This document shows, piece by piece, positions 18,838 through 24,374 of a stretch of DNA of 24,374 nucleotides (position 1 is the stretch's first letter; every line of letters starts with the position of its first letter). This DNA comes from Octopus sinensis (Eukaryota): the NCBI RefSeq assembly GCF_006345805.1, contig NW_021836403.1, positions 1 to 24,374 of the forward strand, in the 5' to 3' direction. Under the pieces are notes generated by a model. It ran no database searches and was not told the origin of the DNA. It saw nothing but the letters and a program-made list of their open reading frames with translations. Made by a program: the position numbers and the translations under genes.

Positions 18838-20151
18838 TATAGGCAAATTGTTTGATACCTGTGTGCAAACAACTATGTTGCATGACAGTGAAACATGGGC
18901 TATAACAGCCGAGGACTTGTGTAGGTTTGAGAGAAATAAAGCCAGTATACTCCGCTGGATGTGCAATGTCAGTGGGCATGTTCGACAGAATGTAAGCATC
19001 TTGAGAGAAAAGTTAGGCATAAGAGGGACCTGATGTGGTGGGAGAGATGACAGCGTTTGTATGGTCATGTTATGTGTATGGATGAGGACAGCTGTGTAAA
19101 GAAGTGCTGATCTCTAACTGTAGAGGGAACCTGTGGAAGAAGTAGACCCAGGAAGACATGGGAGGAAGTGGTGAAACATGATCTTCGAATGTTGCTCTGA
19201 GAGTGTAGCTGTGAGAATAAGATTAGGCTGGGCAAAGTTCAGAGAGTTCGTACCCTTGCTGGCAATAAAAGGCCTTTCTCTCAGAGTGAAAGGCAGATTG
19301 TTTGATGTCTGTGTGTGAACAGCTATGCTACGTGGCAGTGAAACATGAGCTGTGACAGTCGAAAACATGCGTAGGCTTGAAAGAAATGAGGCCAGTAGGC
19401 TTCACTGGATGTGCAATGTCAGTGTGCATACAGGACAGAGTATAAGTATCTTGAGAGAAAAGTTGGGCATGAGAGGCATCAGATGTGGTGTGCAAGAGAG
19501 ATGACCGCACTGGTATGGTTATGTGAAGCATATGGACGAGGACAGCTGTGTAAAGAAGTACTGATCTCTAACTGTGGAGGGAATCTGTGGTAGAGGTAGA
19601 CCCAGGAAGATATGGGACAAGGTGGTGAAGCAGAATCTTCAAACTTTGAACCTCACAGAGGCAATGACTAGTGACTGAGACCTTTGGCGATGTGCTCTTC
19701 ATAAGAGGACCTGTCAAGTCAAGTGCACCTGTGCTGGTGGCACGTAAAAAATCAACCTTTGAACATCGGGCCTCATCGAGGCAAAGTGGCTGAGTTCCTT
19801 TCGAGTGGCTGGGCCTCACGGAGGTGAAGTGGAGGAGTTCCTTTCGAGTGCTGGGCCTCACAGAGGCAATGACCAAGACCTTTGGCATTATGTCGTGCTT
19901 GAGAAAAAGACCCCTCAAGCCAAGCAAAATCACAGTCGTGGCAGATACCGGTGTCTCACAAATTGGCACGTAAAAGCACCCATTACACCCTTGGAGTGGT
20001 TGGCATTGGGGAGGGCATCCAGTTGTAGAAAACCCATGCCAAATCAGACTGGAGCCTGGTGCAACCTTCCAGCATGCCAACCCAGTCAAACTGTCCAACC
20101 CATGCCAGCATGGACAATGCATGTTAAATGGTGATGATGATGATGATGATA
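18838..20151 (+). mobile_element. Decayed RTE-clade LINE 3' region with reiterated ORF end and (GAT)n tail
   Basis: KLFDTCV..MLHDSETW..RWMCNVS..LREKLGIRG (18838-19195) and RIRLGWAKFRE..RVKGRLFDVCV..GRGRPRK.W (19195-19720), with several stops; tail as at 3566-3784. Confidence 0.85.
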
Positions 20152-20162
20152 ATATATAAATA

Positions 20163-20405
20163 CATTCTTTTACTTGTTTCAATCATTAGAGTGTGGCCAT
20201 GCTGGGGCACCAGGTTGAATTTGTTTTAGTTGAAGGAATCGACCCCCAGTACTTATTTTTTGTTAAGCCTAGTACTTATTCTATCGGTCTCTTTTTGCTG
20301 AACTGCTAAATTACAGGGATGCAAACACACCAACACCAGTTGTCACGTGGTGGTGGTGGTGGTGGGATGGGGGTGGGTTGCAAAGACAAACGCACACACA
20401 TAGAT

Positions 20406-20446
<41 letters not shown>

Positions 20447-20505
20447 GCTGATGGGCTTCTTTCAGTTTCCGTTTACCAAATCTACTAACAAGGCTTCGGT
20501 CAGCT
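20163..20505 (-). mobile_element. Diverged SINE A-like copy (tail, microsatellite, part of head)
   Basis: TCTTTTACTTGTTTCAATCA..AGTACTTATTCTATCGGTCTCTTTT..GGGCTTCTTTCAGTTTCCGT. Confidence 0.7.
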
Positions 20506-20511
20506 CGGTCA

Positions 20512-20660
20512 CGTTGCAACTCATTTTTGCCAGCTGAGTGAACTGGAGCAACGTGAAATAAAGTGTCTTGCTCAAGAACACAACATGCAGCCCGGTCCGG
20601 GATTTGAACTTACAACCTCGCAATTGTAAGCCCGACGCTCTAACCACTGAGCCATGTGCC
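20512..20660 (-). mobile_element. SINE family C
   Basis: Sense strand GGCTCAGTGGTTAGAGCG..AAGTTCAAATCC..GTGTTCTTGAGCAAGACACTTTATTTCACGTTGCTCCAGTTCACTCAGCTG. Confidence 0.75.
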
Positions 20661-20729
20661 TTCACACACACACACACACATATATATGTATGTGTGAGTG
20701 TGTGTATGTACCTATGTGTGCGTTGTCTT

Positions 20730-20945
20730 TGTCCCCGTATTTGTTCCCTCTCTTCTACCATAATCTCTCGATAACCGGTGTTGGTGTGTTTACTTTTAAC
20801 AAAAGGGACCGATAGAATAAAATAGGTACTAGGCTCACAAAGAATAAGTCTTGGGGTTGATTTCTCCGACTTAAAAAAACAAAAAAACAAAAACCCTTCA
20901 AGGCAGTGCTCCAGTCTGGCCACAGTCAAATGACCAAAACAAGTC
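20730..20945 (+). mobile_element. Diverged SINE A-like tail
   Basis: GACCGATAGAATAA..CAAAGAATAAGTC..GGCCACAGTCAAATGACC. Confidence 0.6.
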
Positions 20946-21035
20946 ATTTTGAAACAAAGTCCATTGCTTGAGGAGATCCATTGAGTCAAGTACACCGACA
21001 TCAAAATCAATGGAAACTGTAGTTGTGATCCCTGA

Positions 21036-21840
21036 GCCGGTGGTATGTAAAAAGCACCATCCGAATCGTGGCAGATGCCAGTGCCGCCTTCACTGGCTTC
21101 CGTGCCGGTGGCATGTAAAAAGCACCATCCGAATCGTGGAAGATGCCAGTGCCGCCTTGACTGGCTTCCGTGCCGGTGGTATGTAAAAAGCACCATCCGA
21201 ATCGTGGCTGATGCCAGTGCCGCCTTGACTGGCTTCGTGCCGGTGGTATGTAAAAAGCACCATCCGAATCGTGGCAGATGCCAGTGCCGCCTTCACTGGC
21301 TTCCGTGCCGGTGGTATGTAAAAAACACCATCCGAATCGTGGCAGATGCCAGTGCCGCCTTCACTGGCTTCCGTGCCGGTGGTATGTAAAAAGCACCATC
21401 CGAATCGTGGCTGATGCCAGTGCCGCCTTCACTGGCTTCCGTGCCGGTGGTATGTAAAAAGCACCATCCGAATCGTGGCTGATGCCAGTGCCGCCTTGAC
21501 TGGCTTCCGTGCTGGTGGTATGTAAAAAGCACCATCCGAATCGTGGCTGATGCCAGTGCCGCCTTGACTGGCTTCGTGCCGGTGGTATGTAAAAAGCACC
21601 ATCCGAATCGTGGCTGATGCCAGTGCCGCCTTGACTGGCTTCCGTGCCGGTGGTATGTAAAAAGCACCATCCGAATCGTGGCTGATGCCAGTGCCGCCTC
21701 GACTGGCTTTCGTGCCAGTGGCACGTAAAATGCACCATCTGATCGTGGCCGTTGCTGGCGCCGCCTTGACTGGTTTCTGTACCAGTGACACGTAAAAAGC
21801 ACCATCCGAATCGTGGCCGTTTGCCAGCTCCGTCTGGCAC
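21036..21840 (+). repeat. Minisatellite of ~12 x 68 bp at the 5' side of an RTE-type tail
   Basis: GCCGGTGG(T/C)ATGTAAAAA or close variants at 21036, 21104, 21172, 21239, 21307, 21375, 21443, 21511, 21578, 21646 and 21714; the final unit merges into the sequence also seen at 3566. Confidence 0.95.
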
Positions 21841-22285
21841 CTGTGCTGGTGGCATGTAAAAAGCACCCCCTACACTAATGGAGTGGTTGGTGTTAGGAAG
21901 GGCATCCAGCTGTAGAAACACTGCCAGATCAGACTGGAGCCTGGTGCAGCCCCTGGCTTCCCAGATCCCCGGTCGAACCTATTTCTTTACTACCCACAAG
22001 GGGCTAAACACAGAGGAGACAAACAAGGACAGACAGACGGATTAAGATTGATTATATTGACCCCAGTGCGTAACTGGTACTTAATTTATCGACCCCGAAA
22101 GGATGAAAGGCAAAGTCGACCTCGGCGGAATTTGAACTCACAACGTAACGGCAGATGAAATACAGGTAAGCGTTTCACCTGGCGTCCTAACGATTCTGCC
22201 AGTTCGCCGCCTTAATCCCCGGTCGAACCGTCCAACCCATGCTAGCATGGAGAACGGACGTTAAACGATGATGATGATGATGATG
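21841..22285 (+). mobile_element. RTE-type 3' tail split by a SINE B insertion, ending in (GAT)n
   Basis: Matches 3600-3784 once 21980-22229 is removed. Confidence 0.8.
21980..22214 (-). mobile_element. Full-length SINE B with a 15-bp target-site duplication
   Basis: ATCCCCGGTCGAACC at 21965-21979 and 22215-22229. Confidence 0.9.
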
Positions 22286-22312
22286 AAGTGAAAGAATCAA
22301 GGAATGAGACGG

Positions 22313-22353
22313 GCATTACATTTGACTGATTACTCTGAGTGCTAAAGGGTTAA
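22313..22353. mobile_element. Solo right end of the piggyBac-type MITE family
   Basis: GCATTACATTTGAC..GAGTGCTAAAGGG + TTAA, matching 9918-9958. Confidence 0.6.
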
Positions 22354-22629
22354 ACTGGGTCCTTTCTGCATCCCAAAAATCTCACGGTCTTTGCTGTTGA
22401 TTGCTGTTCATCATACGACATCAAGAATATTTATTCTAAAGTTCATAAGTTATTCTTCGTCCATGCATCATCCTGTCAAACTAAGTTTATTTTCCTTGTT
22501 TAAGTTTAGAGTGGAGTTGTAATCAATATGGTTTTTTCAGTGCTGAAAAAAAAAAGGTCAGGGATCTTGTTTTGAACTGCTACCAGCTGTCTCAGGGTCG
22601 CTCTCTCTTCAACTGCGTCCCCCTCGTTG

Positions 22630-22810
22630 GTGGCTGTGTGGTAAGAAGCTTGCTTCCTGACCGCACAATTCCGGGTTCAGTCCCACTGCGTAGCACCTTG
22701 CCAAGTGTCTTCTGTTATTGCCTCGAGTCGACCAAGCCTTGTGAATGGATTTGACAAACGGAAACTGAAAGAAGCCCATTGTGTGTGTGTGTATATATAT
22801 ATGTATATAT
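22630..22810 (+). mobile_element. SINE A head plus microsatellite
   Basis: GGTGGCTGTGTGGTAAG..GGGTTCAGTCCCACTGCG..AAACTGAAAGAAGCCC. Confidence 0.7.
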
Positions 22811-22841
22811 ATATGTATTTATTTAAAAGCAGCAGAAATTC

Positions 22842-22894
22842 AACAAAACCTGTTACTCGGAGTTTCACGTTCCCGTTCGTCAGACAGTTTTGTT
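22842..22894 (-). ncRNA. Minimal type I hammerhead ribozyme (Penelope-like-element type)
   Basis: RNA: AACAAAACUGU-CUGACGA-ACG GGAA CGU-GAA-ACUC C GAGU-A|ACAGGUUUUGUU. Full catalytic core, stem II with GGAA loop, short near-palindromic stem III, 11-bp stem I with one bulge, GUA cleavage site between 22854 and 22853. Confidence 0.8.
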
Positions 22895-22926
22895 AAAATA
22901 GCTATTTTAACAAAACTGTCCGACGA
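22877..22926. repeat. 50-bp near-perfect palindrome (perfect 38-bp core 22883-22920)
   Basis: GACAGTTTTGTTAAAATAG|CTATTTTAACAAAACTGTC, extended by TCGTC/GACGA past one mismatch. Confidence 0.95.
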
Positions 22927-23617
22927 CATTACTCTATCCCTGGTATTTGAGTACTCTTTTTTCCACCTTGTTTCACATTTATGTGTTTACTCTGGTATAT
23001 ATATATATATGTATATATATTCTTTTACTTGTTTCAGTCATTTGATGTAAACACACCAACATCAGTTGTCAAGCGATAGAGGGGGCGACAAACATACATA
23101 CACAAATACATATAATATATATATATTATATATATATTATATATTAGATATATATATATATATAGATAGATAGATTGTATATAACTTGGATATGCAAGTT
23201 TGGATATACTCCCTAATATCATTATATATACATATATATATATTTACTTTGTTTTGCACAGGAGAATATTGTCTTTTTTTTAATAAAAAGGTGAAGAGAG
23301 AGAAAGAAAAGCAAAGAGGGGGAGAATTAGACAGAGGTTTCAGGACAATCAAGATAGAGGAGAAAAAATAATAATGGATGGGGAAAGGATAAATAGATAG
23401 ACGAGATACAGAGCAAGGGGTTTCTTTTCAATTTGATGTGATCAATTCATTGAAATTTCATTACAAAGCATTTTTCTTTGTTTCTTTCTCCTTTCTTTTT
23501 TCTTTTTTTCTTCCCATTGTATATCTGTCAGCATATTCATAAATAAACACATTTTCTCACAAGGGCTGGTGAGAATTATGATGACAATTTACCCCTCACG
23601 CCCTGTATACATAAACG

Positions 23618-23648
<31 letters not shown>

Positions 23649-23944
23649 TGTGTGTGTTTATCCCCCATCACTACTTGACCAGACAGAGGACTGTGTAGGG
23701 GTATCCGATGCAGGGTGGGGGTGGAGGTGATGGGTGGGGTGGGGGAGGGGGCATCTCATCTTGGCAATTAAGGTAGAATTAGTTCTGTTTTATCTCTTAA
23801 TTCAACTCAACAAGATTCTCAGGGTTAAAAGCAAAATACAAGGTCACCCAGTTATTTTTATTACATATTTAACAGCATTTTATCTGCCCCCTTTATTGCC
23901 AGAAGGATATAGGATAGAGATTCTACTATATCCATGTTCGGCCC

Positions 23945-24215
23945 CCACCATTGCTTGATAACTGGTGCTGGTGTGTCTGCGTTTTGTAAGTACTGGGCTT
24001 ACAAAAGAATAAGTCCCGGGGTCGATTTGCTTGACTAAAAAGGCGGTACTCCAGCATGGCCGCAGTCAAATGACTGAAACAAGTAAAAGAAGAAAAGAGT
24101 ATATGTATATATGCAAGAGTGGCTGTGTAGTAAGAAGCTTGCTTCTCAACCACATTGTTCCAGGTTCAGTCCCCCTATGGGGCGCATTGGGCAAGTGTCT
24201 CTACCATAGCCCTGA
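23945..24215 (+). mobile_element. SINE A tail (to ~24090) followed by a SINE A head (from ~24118)
   Basis: AAGTACTGGGCTTACAAAAGAATAAGTCCCGGGG..GACTGAAACAAGTAAAAGA, then AGTGGCTGTGTAGTAAG..GGTTCAGTCCC. Confidence 0.7.
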
Positions 24216-24374
24216 GTAAAAGAGAGATATCTGTTAAAATGAGATGTTATTGTTATTTGCATTTTTGCGTAATTCACTGCACCGTGTAAATACACACACA
24301 CACACACCTGCATATAAATACAAACTCACTATCACAATGTGGGAAGCACTCCGTCGGTTACGACGACGAGGGTT

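Noticed and set aside
21075-21921. Long repetitive ORFs (up to 186 aa) and ORF 20462..21196
   Set aside because: Products of the 68-bp array and stitched SINEs; the unit length is not a multiple of three.
3055-24219. Recurrent short ORFs such as MLVCLCPR.., MTTDAGVF.., MPKMPRSG.., MSSNAR.. and YI/CV/TH-rich ORFs
   Set aside because: Translations of SINE A/B copies and dinucleotide microsatellites.
24325-24374. GGGAAGCACTCCGTCGGTTACGACGACGAGGGTT as the start of another repeat family
   Set aside because: It looks familiar from memory but is cut by the window edge; nothing internal supports it.

Overview
Repeat-saturated, AT-rich animal genomic DNA, most likely octopus. This is an inference from the GC-rich expanded 18S V4 region and my recollection of octopus SINE/RTE families; no database search was run. 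No complete protein-coding gene is supported, and nearly all ORFs in the track are shadows of SINEs, microsatellites or tandem arrays. Main content: (1) the 3' end of a restriction-like-endonuclease (HERO/R2-group) non-LTR retrotransposon whose last ~158 bp are reiterated 12 times, with an H-type pseudoknot complete only in the terminal copy; (2) a decayed minus-strand Helitron whose PIF1 helicase is split in two (the C-terminal half is absent from the ORF track), with a ~460-bp 18S rRNA fragment between the helicase end and a hairpin+CTAG terminus; (3) an apparently intact minimal type I hammerhead ribozyme of Penelope-like design at 22842-22894, overlapped by a 50-bp palindrome, plus a decayed hammerhead inside a tRNA-headed SINE; (4) about ten near-full copies of one composite tRNA-derived SINE, three other SINE families, CR1-like and RTE LINE 3' fragments, Tc1/mariner- and piggyBac-type MITEs and a head-to-tail dimer of a non-autonomous Helitron. 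Family labels A-D are my own. Boundaries were read by eye and may be off by a few bases.
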